Notes: generated from the sequence alone by a model not told the origin. Positions 41,638 through 53,651 are shown, numbered from the stretch's first letter. The stretch: 64,000 nucleotides of DNA from Bryobacterales bacterium (GCA_963422375.2 OY729428.2:2944001-3008000), one strand, 5' to 3'. Numbers and translations are program-made.

Positions 41638-42323
41638 ACTCGAGACGAGGGAACCCTAATCTTATCGCCCGAGGGGACGGGCGCCGCGCGACCGCTGGTG
41701 CCGCTCGCAGGGCGGGTTTCCGCAGGTGTGCTTGCGATGCTGGCTGCACGAGCTACGCTCTGCCCTGCGTTTCAGCGGATTCCCGACCCGACGCAAGCCG
41801 CAAGCTGCGAGAAGCCGTTGAAGTAGGGTCGTTCCGGTCGAGTCTGGAACAGTTCGAACGGGGAGTAGACCCGGGACTTGGCGGTGGTCGCCTGGGACCG
41901 CAGTCTGACCGTCCATGGCTGATTTTTGGCGGTCGCCACCGACGATGGCGATCTGGGGCGGCTACCAGCCTAGTCCCAAGAGCCGCCCGACCGCCAGCGG
42001 ACCCAGCGAGACTGCTCGGGCTTGGCTTTGGCCGTATACGTATACCAAAGTCAGCTCCGGGCGGGGCTATCGGCAGAATCCAGGTGGCACCGCATGCGCC
42101 CGTACGTCCGCCGTGACTCTCGGTGCCAGCGGTATCCGCCGGTCCCGCCGGACAGGCTCAGCGACTCCGCGCGCCGACTTTGCGAAGCACAAGCTTCCCG
42201 CTGAAGTCGACGATTCGCACTCCGACCCGCTGCCCGGGAGGCGTGTCCGCCGACGATGCCGCATACAGCGATTCCAGCATCCTGCCGCAGCTGCTCGTCC
42301 GGCTCTCGGAGTCGATCCATCTC

Positions 42324-42716
42324 TCATCTCTCGTTCGCGGTCAGCTGCACGGCCCCTCCCCCGAAATCGTTGACCTCGGTGAAGAATGGGAATCCGATTA
42401 TCCTGTCAGCTACCCGATTCATCTCGTCCACGCCGCGGGATGGTGCTTCGAATCGCGCCTCGGGCGGAAGCGCCATCCTGCCCGGACGGGCCAGCGAATC
42501 GTGGATCCAGCCCGTTTTCTTCCCGTCCGGGCCGACTTCCACGTAGCTCCACTAGCCGAGGTGCTTCAGCTCGATCAGGTCGTGCCCGTCCCCGAGCCGC
42601 TCCGAACATTGACGCCTCAACCCCGCGCGCGGAGATTGCGACCGCGCCTAGCTAGTGCGAGCCGGCAGGCGGCAGCCGCTAGGAGGACTAGCGCCGCGAT
42701 CCTTGGTCGACTCATG
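42324..42716 (-). pseudogene. Remnant of a secreted SH3b-domain protein gene
   Basis: Signal peptide MSRPRIAALVLLAAAA, then GVNVRSGSGT and, after a frameshift, G*WSYVEV...KTGWIHDSL. Contains stops. May extend toward ~42050. Confidence 0.6.
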
Positions 42717-42991
42717 GGACACGCGGTTTCCGCCGTCCCGGCCGTCGCGCAACGCGGATCGGTTGCGCTCCGCGCGACAGCGCCTCTGCGGAATCGCGTC
42801 GCGAGGCATGGGCCGGGCGCACGCTCCGAACGCGGCGCGCCCAATGCTCGCGAACATCGGGACGCCTGCCGAAGGCGGCGGCCTCGGGGCACCGGGCCGA
42901 CGCGACGGTATCCGCTCGTGGTTCGCGTCCCCAATCGCCCCGCTGCGAGCCGAATTTCCCTCGGCCTAGCCGATTTTCTGGCGGACCGGCA

Positions 42992-43020
42992 TTGACCACC
43001 CTGCGGAAACGGGGTAGTGT
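42992..43020 (+). promoter_or_regulatory. Putative sigma70 promoter of TonB receptor 2
   Basis: TTGACC-N17-TAGTGT. Confidence 0.5.
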
Positions 43021-43158
43021 CGGACTGCCAGCCGGGGATCCGGGCGCGAGCGCCCATTCCAGTCTGCGACGCGTGGGGCCCGCAGCTGGCCGGCGGAGGG
43101 CCCGCTTGCCCTCAGGGACGGAAGTTCCGTCTCGTCAGTCCAGCGAGGAGCGCCCGCG

Positions 43159-46100
43159 ATGCAGAAGTTTCTGTTCTTGACAGTAGCCTTGGCCGTCCTG
43201 GCGGCTGCTTTCCTCTGCTCGCCCGAGAGCAGCGCGCAAGTCACCTTCGCCAGCCTCACCGGGCTGGTGACCGATCCCGGCGGGGCCGTCATGCCGGGCG
43301 CCGAAGTCGAGCTGACCAACACCGACACAGGGGAGGAGCGCGTGACGTCGACCGGGGAGACCGGCCGCTTCACGATGTCCCAGCTCAAGGCGGGCACCTA
43401 CGACCTCGCGGTCGAGTCCGCCGGCTTCAAGCGCTTCCTGCAGGTGAACATCCGCCTGCAGGGCAGCCAAGACGCGGAGATCAACGCGTCGCTCGAGCTG
43501 GGCGAGGTCACCGAGACGGTCGAAGTCACCGCCCAGGCCGTGCTGCTCGACACGCAGTCGGCCAACCAGACCAGCGATCTCAACACCGAGGAAATCACCC
43601 AGCTCCCGCTGAACTTCCGCAACCCGCTCCTGCTCGTCCACGCCAACGCAGGAGTCATGTCGGCCTTCCAGAACGCAGGGCGGCGGGCGGTCCAGGACCG
43701 CTTCAACGATCAGGAAATGGCACTGTTTTCGATGAACGGCGGCCGCGAGGCCAGCAACACGATTACGATCGACGGAGTGAGCAACAAGGGCGGCGCCGGC
43801 GACTGGGGCGCGAACTTCGGCACGCCGTCCGTCGACTCAGTGCAGGAAATGCAGATCTCGCGCAACACCTACGACGCGCAGTACGGCCGTGTCGGCAACG
43901 GCGTCGTGAGTATCGTCACCAAGGGCGGCGGCGACCAGTACCACGGCAACTTGTTCTGGTTCCACCGCAATGACAACCTCGACTCCAACGAGTGGAGGCG
44001 CAACCGAACCGGCACGCCCAAGCCCGAGTTCAAGCGCAACTAGTACGGCCTGAACGTCTCGGGCCCGATCGGGAAGCGGCAGCGCATCTACTTCCAGTTC
44101 GGTGTCGAATCGATGCGCCAGCCGGCCTCCTCCTCCACCAACCTGACCGTGCCGGCCGAGCTGGAGCGGAACGGAGACTTCAGCGAGAGCCGCAACCGGG
44201 ACGGCTCGCTGCAAGAGATCTATGACCCGTTCACGACGAGGAAGAATCCCGACGGCGACGGGTTCATCCGCGACCGGCTCGCAGGTAACGTGGTCCCGGC
44301 GTCGCGGACGGACCCGATCGCACGGAACCTGGTCACCTTCATCCCCGGCCCGAACGTGCCCGGAGTCGCAGTGACCAACGCGCTCAACTTCTTCAAGACC
44401 TCCCCGGCGAACCTCAAGCAGGACCGCTGGGACGGGCGGACAGACATCGCCGCGACGTCCAAGTACAGCACGTTCTTCCGGGTGACCCGCATATTCTGCT
44501 GATCAACCACCAAGCCCGGTTCTTCAACAATGCCGCCGACATGGGCTTCCTCAACGACCAGCCCTTCTACAGCCTCAGCGTGAACAACACCTACGTGGCC
44601 AGCCCGAACTGGGTTATCAACTTCAACGCGGGCTCGGGAGGCGGACACCGCACCGCAAACCTGATCAGCATGTCGGAAGGGGTGGGACTGGAGGATCTCG
44701 GCTACTCGTCGGGATACGCCGAGCAGTTCGAGAACCGCGACTTCGGGCAGTACAACATCGGCGAGCACCTCACGCTAGGACGGACCCGGTTCTTCGGCAA
44801 CATCCGTCGGACGCACTCCGGCGGAATCACTGTCGCCAACGAGCGTGGCAACCACTCGCTCAAGTTCGGGTACAACATCGAGTTCCAGCGCCAGAACTTC
44901 TTCGATCGGCGCACGCAGTCGCTGGGATTCGGGCGAGGCCCGACGACCGGGCCGGTGGCGGCAGGCAACTCCAGCGTGGTCGGCAATTCGATGGCGTCGC
45001 TGCTACTCGGCGTCGGCGGGGGCTCGGCGCGCCTCTCGGCCGATCCGGCCAAGTAGAACGTGTACATGGGCTGGTACGCCCAAGACACGTGGCGGGCGAC
45101 CCCGAAGCTGACCTTGGTGCCAGGGCTGCGCTACGAGCTGCAGTACGGGCGCACGGAGCGGTACAACCGGCAAGGCCACTTCGACTACGCCGCGACCAGC
45201 CCGACCAACGAGCTTGTCCCCGGACTGGATCTTCGCGGCGGCTTCCGCTTTTCCGACGACAGCAACCGCAACCTGACTGCTCTCGACACCAAGGACCGGG
45301 CGCCGCGGATCGGACTGAGCTACAAGCTCACCGACAGGCTCGTGCTGCGCTCGGGATACGGCATCTCGTACTCGCAGGCCATCGTGGACGACGCCATCAC
45401 CGGCATGCCCGGCTACGACCGGAGCACACCCTGGGTCCTGAACCCAGACGGGGAGGTCCAGGTCAACCTGCTGAGCAATCCGTTCCCGAACGGACTGTCC
45501 CAGCCTACCGGCAGCGCGGACGGGCTGCTGACGCAACTGGGCCTCAACATCCAAGCATGGCGCCACAACAACCCGACCCCCTACCTGCAGAGCTACAGCC
45601 TCGACCTGCAATACGAGCTGGGACGGGAAACGGTCTTCGACATCGGCTATACCGGCAACACGGGCCGCAAGTACTCGTTCGGCGCGAGCCGCAACATGAA
45701 CCAAGTGCATTCGCAGTTCCTGCGCGAAGGGCTGGCCCTGAACAACCGCGTTCCCAACCCCTTCCACGGTGTGCTGACCGCCGGGCCGAATACCGGAGAG
45801 ACGACTCCGAGGCACCGCCTGCTAAGGCTGTTCCCGCACTTCAACGCAGTCGGCACGCCGCGCAGCGACAAGGGCGCGTCGTCGCGCTTCAACGCGCTCT
45901 ACACGAAATTCACCCGGCGCTTCTCGGAAGGCCTGACGATCCTTACCAGCTACCAGTGGTCCAAGACCAGGGACAACGCCTCCGAGGACCAGGGCTGGTT
46001 CGTGAGCGACGGCTTGCGCGACCAATTCGACCTCAATGCCGACTACTCGATCAGCGCGCACGACATCCCCCATGACTTCGTCACCAACCTGATCTGGGAG

Positions 46101-46625
46101 ATTCCCGTGGGGCGGGACGGGGCCGTCGGCAGCAACATGTCGAAAGCGCTGGACGCGGTGATCGGGGGCTGGCAGGTCTCGGGCATCGTGCGGTTCGGCT
46201 CGGGCGTGCCGATCAACGTCCGAGCACCGAACACGCTCGGAGTCTACGGATACTCGGTGAAACGCACGAATATCACGAGCGAAGAAGCGGTCAAGCTCGG
46301 CAATCCGACGCCGGAACGCTGGTTCAACACCGACGCGTTCTCCGCGCCCGGCCAGTTCGAAATCGGGCGGGCGCCGCGGTACTTCGGCACTCTGCGCAAC
46401 CGGATTAACACGAACGGAGACATCTCGCTCAGCAAGTTCTTCGAATTCACGGAGACGTTTCGAGCCCAGCTGAGAGGCGAGTTCTTCAATATCACCAACA
46501 CGCCGACCTTCGGCCTGCCGACGGCCGGCGGCCAGGTGACATTGGGATCGGGTGCGTTCGGCACCGTGAATCGAAGCTTCCGGCCTCCGCGGCAGATCCA
46601 GCTGGCGCTGAGACTGATGTTCTGA
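43159..46625 (+). pseudogene. TonB-dependent receptor (Oar-like) pseudogene
   Basis: Full-length architecture from signal peptide to QLALRLMF. Broken by TAG at 44041, a frameshift near 44500 and TAG at 45054. Confidence 0.92.
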
Positions 46626-46814
46626 AGTCCGGGCCGGGCCTCTCCCGGGACGTTCACGAAGCAACGAGACCCTACGTTGATTCGCCTGTCCGGCGCGCCA
46701 CGCAGCATGAGACTGTGCCTGCGAGAAGAATCCGGGCATCGGCAACGAATCCGCCCGAGACGCTCGCATTCTCTCGCCGAATGGCCCTGCGAGCCTAGCC
46801 GGAGCTCGGCCTCC

Positions 46815-47639
46815 CTATGGGGAGACCAAGAGGTCCACTGCCTCCGCAAGCCATCCCGACTGCCAGTGGTGCTGGCGCTGGGGGCCGTCCCGGTAGACGT
46901 GAGGGATCCCCAAACCGACGAGCATCTCATGGATCTGGATGTGGTGGGGCCGGAACGAACTGGCATACCCAGTGAGGACAAGGCGGGGTCGCTGCCGGAG
47001 CAAGCTCGCTCTCGCTTGAATCAGACTTGTAATGCGGTAGTGCGCGAAGTTGTCCTGGCTGCCGAAAACGGGTGCCATGCCAAACTTGCTGGGAGCGTCC
47101 TGCATGAGCGGGGCATCCCACGCGGCCGCCCTGTCAAAGACATCAGGGTGTCTGAGCAGCAGTGACCAAGCGCCCCATCCTGACTTGGAAAAGCCGACAA
47201 GCAGTCGCCCGTCCGGCGTCCGCTTGACTGCGTATTTCGCCTCGACCAAGGGCAGCACGTCTTTCAGCAGGTAGCTCTCCTGCTGAAGGGCCGGGTCGGA
47301 AGGATGGTCGGCGTACCACGGCAGATCCGAGAACGTTGGCAGGACGACGAGCAGATCGTGACGGTCGGCTAGCTGCAATCTGCGGACCTCCTCGACAGGG
47401 TCACCCCATCGAGTTTCTGCACCTGCCTCGACCGGCAGCACGTAGATGGCTCGCCAAGGACCGGCTGGCGTATCCGCTGCGGGGGTGAAGACCCGGATTA
47501 GGGTCTCGCCTGCTTGTCGCGGGCTCCGCAGGGAGTGGATGTACTCCTCCGCATGCGCAACCCACGATGCGAGGAAGCAGAGGACCAGCAACAGGAACCG
47601 TCCGTTGGCTCCGCCATGCGGCAGTCGACGTACAATCAT
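46815..47639 (-). CDS. Putative esterase, alpha/beta hydrolase fold
   Basis: YVLPVE, WYAD, nucleophile GFSKSG and C-terminal HHWQSGW. Confidence 0.8.
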   Translation of the reverse strand: MIVRRLPHGGANGRFLLLVLCFLASWVAHAEEYIHSLRSPRQAGETLIRVFTPAADTPAGPWRAIYVLPVEAGAETRWGDPVEEVRRLQLADRHDLLVVLPTFSDLPWYADHPSDPALQQESYLLKDVLPLVEAKYAVKRTPDGRLLVGFSKSGWGAWSLLLRHPDVFDRAAAWDAPLMQDAPSKFGMAPVFGSQDNFAHYRITSLIQARASLLRQRPRLVLTGYASSFRPHHIQIHEMLVGLGIPHVYRDGPQRQHHWQSGWLAEAVDLLVSP

Positions 47640-47859
47640 GCTCTTTCCTCCCGATCCGCGGGATGCCCTCGGGGCTTGTCGACCTTGGCGAGGCACCTAG
47701 TATCGCGCTGCCGCTCCGAATCGAGGCTCGCCGGGAGTCGGGACTCGCTGTCGGGACAGATCGTGGCGTGCGATGGCACCGCAGCCGTGCGCTCGCAGCC
47801 AGATTCCGCTGAGAGACAGCGCCGCAGAGTCCGGATTCAGGCGCGAGCTGTGGACCGGT

Positions 47860-47891
47860 CCTAGCTCGGCCAGGCTCCGGACCGAGCTAGG
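47860..47891. other. Perfect 10-bp-stem hairpin
   Basis: CCTAGCTCGG-N12-CCGAGCTAGG between TonB receptor 3 and the esterase gene. Function unknown. Confidence 0.4.
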
Positions 47892-48296
47892 GGCCGCGCC
47901 GCTGGGGCCAAGTCTGGCCGCAGAATCCGGACGGCACGTGCGCCTCGCTCCGCGCCGCGCGCCGAGCCAGCGGCTCGCGAACATCCGCTTGGCGAGGCAC
48001 CTTGTCGAACTGAGCCGCCTCCGAGAGGCCGTCCACCATCTCCCCGAGACACTGAAGCCCGACGACGAGGGCGCGCCCGCGTTTCGGATACGCGCTCACG
48101 GATGCCCCATTCGGCGCTGGCAGCTTGGCTAGGCGGCTCGCTACCTGAGTGACGGCGGAGTGCAGCTCGACCGGCAGCCAGGCCGGCCGGCCTCGGCCAA
48201 CGCTTTGCGCGCAAACTTCGAGGCGGTCGAGTTTCGCCGCTAGCCGCCGGCCGCGTCGCAGGGACTCCCGGTGGCGGCCGGCGGCTCTTGCGGCCG

Positions 48297-51200
48297 TCAG
48301 AAGATGAGCTTCATCCCGAACTGGAGCTGGCGGGCCGGACAGCATTCCATGGTCGACGAAATCTGGCCTGCCGGGGGCCGGTTGACCGTGCCGTTTGGGA
48401 AATTGAAATGCGCCTCGTTGAACACATTGAAGATCTCGGTGCGGAAGTCCAGGGTCAGGCGCTCCGTCAGATCGAAGGTGCGAGAAATCATCACGTCAAG
48501 GTTCACGAGGCCCGGTCCTTCGATAATCCATGCGGCGGAATTGCCGAACGTGTATCGTGCCGGCACTTCGAACGCACCGACATCGAACCAGCGCTCCGGC
48601 GTCCGCTGGCTGCGCGGCAGATTGCCGTCGCGGACTCGATTGGGTCTTTGGCCGCCGCTGGTATTAGCGGGGTTGCCGGCGACGGAGGGGCTCAGGGGCA
48701 AACCGCGCTGCGCCTCGAAGATCGGCGAGAACTGCCAGCCGCCGATGATGCGGGATAACGGGCCCCGAGTGGCGAACTTGCGCCCGTTCCCGAACGGCAG
48801 GTCCCACACGCTAGCGAGGAAGAAGCGCTGGGGCAGGTGCTGGCTCGAGATCGTCTTCTCTGGAGCGAGGTGCCAGTAGCTGGTCCGCTGGCCGAGCTGC
48901 TTGGCGAGTGTCTTGCTCCACGTGTACCCGCTCAGGATCGAGAAGCCCTTGTTGAAGCGGCGCTCGAACTTCGCCTCGAGGCCTTGGTAATTCGCGCCCC
49001 CCACCGCCGGATTCGTGTTGATGTTGGCGAACTGCGGAAACCACCTCCGAGGATTGTTGGGCCCCGCTCCGGGCTCGGGTTGGTTCAAGTTCGCCGCCGA
49101 TTCCGTACGGACCGTGTTTGATCCCACGTAGGCGAACGAAACCAGGGAGTTTCCCGGCAGCGTCTGCTGGATGTTGAGATTCCACTGGTTGGTCGTCCCG
49201 TTCGGGAGGCTGAACGGCCACACGCCAACGAGCGACCGGCCTGTGATCACCTCGGGATTGAGAGCGTCGGGCGGCACGCCATCGCGGATCACGACGTTGG
49301 AGGTTGCGCTGGCAGCGTTGGTCGGAACGTCGTTCTGGAGGTAAAAGGGCGGATTGGCCGTCGGGTCGGCAAGGACCGGAAGCCTGAACGTTGCTACGTA
49401 GAAGACTCCGTAGCCGGCTCGAATCACCGTCTTGTCGGTCGCTTGGAATGCGAAGCCGATCCTCGGGCCCCAGTCATTCAAATCCCGCCGTCGGAACGAC
49501 CGCCCCTCCACACCGCTGCTGGGACCCACTAGCGTGCCGAATCGCGAGTCGTCCGGATCGATGATGAAGTTCATCGCGCGGTCGTTCTGCTCGACATAGG
49601 GCGACTGGTACTCGTAGCGGATTCCCAAGTTCAAGGTAAGCCTCGGGGTGACCTTCCAGTTGTCCTGGATGTATGTCTCGTACGCGTAGCCGTGCCGACG
49701 GATGTTCAGGGGCGTGCTGAATCTCATGTTGCTCGTGAGACCGAGCAGGCCGTCAGCGATAGCGTCTCCGCCACCGCGGACGCCAGCGACTGACCGCGTG
49801 TACTGGTTGTTGAACCAGAATCGCCCCCGGGCGAAGTTCGTGATTCCGGACCAGCGGACGAAATTGCGGATGTTGGCTCCCATCTTCAGCGAATGGTTGC
49901 CCTTGGACATGGAGAAGCTCTCGACGATTTGACGGACGTCCTGCTTGCGCGGGTCGGGCGCGAAGTTGCGGTCGCCGATGTTCTGGTAGCCGGACACGGT
50001 ATACGAGGGCAATCCCATGATGTCGTCCCGGTCGAAGAGCCCCTTGAAGCCGAACTCCTTCCAGAGCGGATCCCTGGTAGGCGTGTCGATACCTCCCACG
50101 AGGCGGTTGTAGGCGAACCGTACCTCGTTGACCATGGTCCCGCCGACCGTCGCGGTCCAGTTCAGGACGCCTGTCTTGGCCCGCGAAAAGCGCACAGCCG
50201 TGTTGCCACCGCTGGCAGGCAGAGGCAGGCTACCCGGTTCCAAGCGGTCGAAGTTGAGATAGCTGAAGCGGGCGAAAATGGTGTGATTGGTTGTCGCTCG
50301 CCAGTCGAAGCGGGTGTCGATCTTGTCGTCGTCCCGGTTGCGCGACGGATTGAAGACGTAGTTCTGTCGGCCGCCCCGATTGGGCTCCGGGTAGAGCCCG
50401 ATCAGACGGGAAGAGACCGGATCGATCCGGTTGGGCGGGAGCCGATCATTCTCGAACCGCGTGCGGGAGCCGTCTTCCGCCTGGGACGCTGGGTCGGAGA
50501 TGCTCGCGGTGCCCGCGAAGTCCCCCCCGATTTGGGCCGGCGTCGGGATGATGCTCAGCCGCGTGAGCTTCTCGCGGATCCTCGTTCCTTCGTAGCTGCC
50601 GAAATAGAACATCCGGTCCTTCACCAGCGGTCCGCCGAACGTCGCGCCGAACTGATTCTGGCGGAAAGGCGGCCTGGGCCGCCCGCTGTTGAAGAAGTTA
50701 TTGGCGTCGAGGGTGTCGTTGCGGAGGAACTCGAATGCCGTGCCGTGGTAGTCGTTGGTTCCCGACTTGGTAGTGACCTGCACGATGGCACCGCCGCCGC
50801 GGCCGAACTCGGCGCCGTAGTTGTGCGTCTCCATCTTGAATTCCTGGATGGCGTCGATGGAGGGCTTTACGGCCTGATTGGATGCGACCACGACCCCGCT
50901 GAAGTAGTTGTTGTTGTCCGCTCCGTCGAGGGTGAACACGTTTTGATCGAAGCCCGCGCCGTTGACGCTGAAGGCGTCCTCGACGAAATTCTGCCGCCGA
51001 CTGGGCAGCACGCCGGCCGTCAGAACGGCGAGCTCCTGGTAGTTCCGCCCGTTCAATGGCATCTGCGTGATGGTCGTGTTCTCGATCGCCTGGCCGAGAC
51101 TGGAGGTCTCCGACTCGAGAAGCGGCAGCTCGGCGATCACCTCGACGGTCTCCGTCACGGAACCGACTTGGAGCTGCACGTCAACGCGGGCGCGGGAGCC

Positions 51201-51506
51201 CGCGTTGAGACCAAGATTCGGGCGGAATAGCGTCTGGAAGCCGTCGCTCGTTGCCGTGAGGTCGTAGTCGCCGACCGGCAGCGCGGTCAAGACGTAGTTT
51301 CCGGTTTCGTTGCTCTGCGTGTCGTACTCCAACCCGGTGTCTTGGTTGATCGCCTGAACCCGGGCACCAACGACGGCGGCTCCCGACGTGTCCGTGACCA
51401 GCCCCGTAATGGTAGCGGTGTCTGTCTGCGCCCAGACCGCTGGGGCGGCCACGAGAGCCGCGAGCGCTACGACCAAACGCGGCAGGTGCTTCAGTTTCGT
51501 ATTCAC
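48297..51506 (-). CDS. TonB-dependent receptor (Oar-like)
   Basis: RBS GGAGG, signal peptide, MPLNGRNYQEL, KSGTNDYHG, YIQDNWKV...LNLGIRYE and C-terminal QFGMKLIF. Confidence 0.95.
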   Translation of the reverse strand: MNTKLKHLPRLVVALAALVAAPAVWAQTDTATITGLVTDTSGAAVVGARVQAINQDTGLEYDTQSNETGNYVLTALPVGDYDLTATSDGFQTLFRPNLGLNAGSRARVDVQLQVGSVTETVEVIAELPLLESETSSLGQAIENTTITQMPLNGRNYQELAVLTAGVLPSRRQNFVEDAFSVNGAGFDQNVFTLDGADNNNYFSGVVVASNQAVKPSIDAIQEFKMETHNYGAEFGRGGGAIVQVTTKSGTNDYHGTAFEFLRNDTLDANNFFNSGRPRPPFRQNQFGATFGGPLVKDRMFYFGSYEGTRIREKLTRLSIIPTPAQIGGDFAGTASISDPASQAEDGSRTRFENDRLPPNRIDPVSSRLIGLYPEPNRGGRQNYVFNPSRNRDDDKIDTRFDWRATTNHTIFARFSYLNFDRLEPGSLPLPASGGNTAVRFSRAKTGVLNWTATVGGTMVNEVRFAYNRLVGGIDTPTRDPLWKEFGFKGLFDRDDIMGLPSYTVSGYQNIGDRNFAPDPRKQDVRQIVESFSMSKGNHSLKMGANIRNFVRWSGITNFARGRFWFNNQYTRSVAGVRGGGDAIADGLLGLTSNMRFSTPLNIRRHGYAYETYIQDNWKVTPRLTLNLGIRYEYQSPYVEQNDRAMNFIIDPDDSRFGTLVGPSSGVEGRSFRRRDLNDWGPRIGFAFQATDKTVIRAGYGVFYVATFRLPVLADPTANPPFYLQNDVPTNAASATSNVVIRDGVPPDALNPEVITGRSLVGVWPFSLPNGTTNQWNLNIQQTLPGNSLVSFAYVGSNTVRTESAANLNQPEPGAGPNNPRRWFPQFANINTNPAVGGANYQGLEAKFERRFNKGFSILSGYTWSKTLAKQLGQRTSYWHLAPEKTISSQHLPQRFFLASVWDLPFGNGRKFATRGPLSRIIGGWQFSPIFEAQRGLPLSPSVAGNPANTSGGQRPNRVRDGNLPRSQRTPERWFDVGAFEVPARYTFGNSAAWIIEGPGLVNLDVMISRTFDLTERLTLDFRTEIFNVFNEAHFNFPNGTVNRPPAGQISSTMECCPARQLQFGMKLIF

Positions 51507-52099
51507 GTTTCAATCCTCCTGTGCGGCTAGCAGGCCATTCCGGTGGCTCGGTGCCCAGGCACTTCAACCGAAAGCTGGCGAGAGCCGTCGCTCAACAATA
51601 TACGGGATGGGCTTCCGTCACCCGCGGATCACGCCCGTGTCTGGCACGACAGCGCCACCCGCCGCTAGGGCCGGTGTCCCGCTGCGCCGGCTGCGAGATT
51701 CCGACAGCCGAGTCGATGGAGTGGATGCGCGGCCGGGGCGGCAATCTCACCCGGACTCGGCCTGTCAGTGAGCCGCGTCGCGCCCTGCTCTTGTGACAGA
51801 AACGACCATGCGGGCGCCGGCTGCACCCCGCCCCGCGTGCGATGCCGGGGTGCGGGCGCGGCGGCGTAGGCCGTACTTTCTTCGGCGGAGCCCTCGCGGC
51901 GACCCCGACCAGAAACGCGGCCGGAGCCGTCCCGTGCGAACACCGCAGTGCTTCCGCCGGCCGCCGTCGAGGCCGAGGAGGCAACTGAGCCCGGCCCGGC
52001 GGCCCGAGGAGCCTCCAAACGGTTCCCCGCCGCGCCCGGCAGCGGCCAACTCCCGGCAGGGAGGCGACGCTTGGACGAGGGATGCGGATGGAACGGAGG

Positions 52100-53294
52100 A
52101 CGGCCTGGAAAAGTTGCTGAGGGAATTGGCGGCATCGAAATCCACAAGATGGTGCTGACCCGCTCAGTGTCGGTCGGGGCCGACGGGGCTAGGTCGAGGC
52201 CCACACCCGCCCCAGCCGCACTTGCGGTTGCGGCCTGGACTAGTTCGCGCCTTGGGTGGCGGGCCTGTGCCCGGAGGGCGCGGTGATGGAGAGCACGGGG
52301 GTGTACCCGAAGAGCGTCGTGCGCGCCCTGCAGGACGCCGGCGTGGAGGTCTGGGTGGTCAACGCGCGGCACGTAGAGCGCGGGCCAGAGCGCAAGAAAG
52401 ACCTGTCCGACAGCCACTGGCTGGCGATCCCGGCGCGCTTCGGGCTGGTCAGCGAGAGCATCGAGCTCCTGCGCCCGCTGCGAGTTGCGACGCACGACGC
52501 GCCAGCGCGACGTGGTGTCGGAGCTGCGCAACCTGGGCGATCGCGTGCTGGACGAGGACGGCGTGCGCATCGGGGGCGTGCTGACGGACGAGTCGGGCGT
52601 CTCGGGCCGCAACCCGGTTGAGGGCCTGGTGCGCGGGGAGGACCCTCGGAGCCTGCTGGACGCCGCGAAGGGCGAGGCCCGCAGGAATAACCCGGAGCTG
52701 CCGGAGGCGCTGCACGGCGAACTGGAGCACGTCACGCACGAGACACTGACGCTGCTGGCGGGCCTGCTGGACGCCGCTGGGGAGGCTGTCAAGACGCTGG
52801 AAGCGGGCATTCTCGAGACGGTGCGGCGGGACCGGGAAGTGGTTTGGACTCTGCTGCAGACGCACCCGAGCATCGGCGCGGTGACGGCCGCGGCGAGGCT
52901 GGCGGAGATCGGCCCGGACATGAGCCAGTTCGGCGCGGCGACGGGCGAGCTGGGCGGGCATATGCCCAGGCAACCACGAGTCGGCCGGCAAGAGCCGCGG
53001 GGGCCGCAGGCGCAAGGGCAACGTGTGCGTGCGACACATCCTGTGCGAAATCGCCTACGAGGCAGCGCGCAAGAAGGACACGCAGTTCGGCGCGTGCAGG
53101 TGCGCCCTGACCGCGCGGCGGGGCACGCGGCGCACGGTCGTGGCGTGGGGCACAAGATCCTGCGCATCGCGTGGGCGATGCTGCGCGACGGCGCGCCCCA
53201 CCGCGATCCGGTCACGGACCCGGAAGCGCTGACGACTCGCAAGAACCTGTTCCGCTCGCTGCGGCTGGTGCGCCAAGCGGAGCTGCTGCCGTAG
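52100..53294 (+). pseudogene. IS110-family recombinase/transposase pseudogene
   Basis: GIEIHK, MESTGVY, VNARHV, KKDLSDSHWLA, PSIG..TAA..LAEIG.DMSQF, KGN and HKILRIAW motifs spread over several frames. Confidence 0.88.
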
Positions 53295-53394
53295 GTGGCG
53301 CGGCGCGTGCAGGAGGAGATTCCGCGGCGGCAGGCCGCACGCGAGAGGCGGCGGCTGGCCGCGTCCGGTCCGACTGTCGTCTTTCACTCTATCT

Positions 53395-53651
53395 AGTGCC
53401 TGTGACAAAACTCGTATCCCCTTGACAAAAAAGGCGTTAGGTCCAATCTCTCAAGGCGAAGATTTCACTGGAATGCTACGACTAGTCCGAAATCCTGCCA
53501 ATTCTGGGTAGAGCGCGGAAATCTTCGCGATTGGCGGCTGAGCAACTTCCGACCTTGGGCCCTATATGTTGTGTTTGGAGATCCATCCGACATCAGGATG
53601 TAGTATGAAATGCTGATCAGGCCAGAATTCAGGGGTTTTGTTACAAGCACT
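53395..53651. mobile_element. MITE, copy 2 (complete, 257 bp)
   Basis: TIRs AGTGCCTGTGACAAAAC / GTTTTGTTACAAGCACT. TSD ATCT (or TATCTA if the ends are 1 bp shorter). No plausible ORF. Confidence 0.88.

Noticed and set aside
44041..45056. Amber (TAG->Gln) recoding suggested by in-frame TAGs at apparent Gln positions
   Set aside because: TAG is a real stop after the terminal Phe of receptor 1 (9895) and in rpsU and other genes. The same receptor also has a frameshift, and other TAGs replace Tyr codons.
47950..48243. Possible TPR-protein remnant on the plus strand
   Set aside because: Only a vague helical pattern with stops. Not supportable without a profile search.
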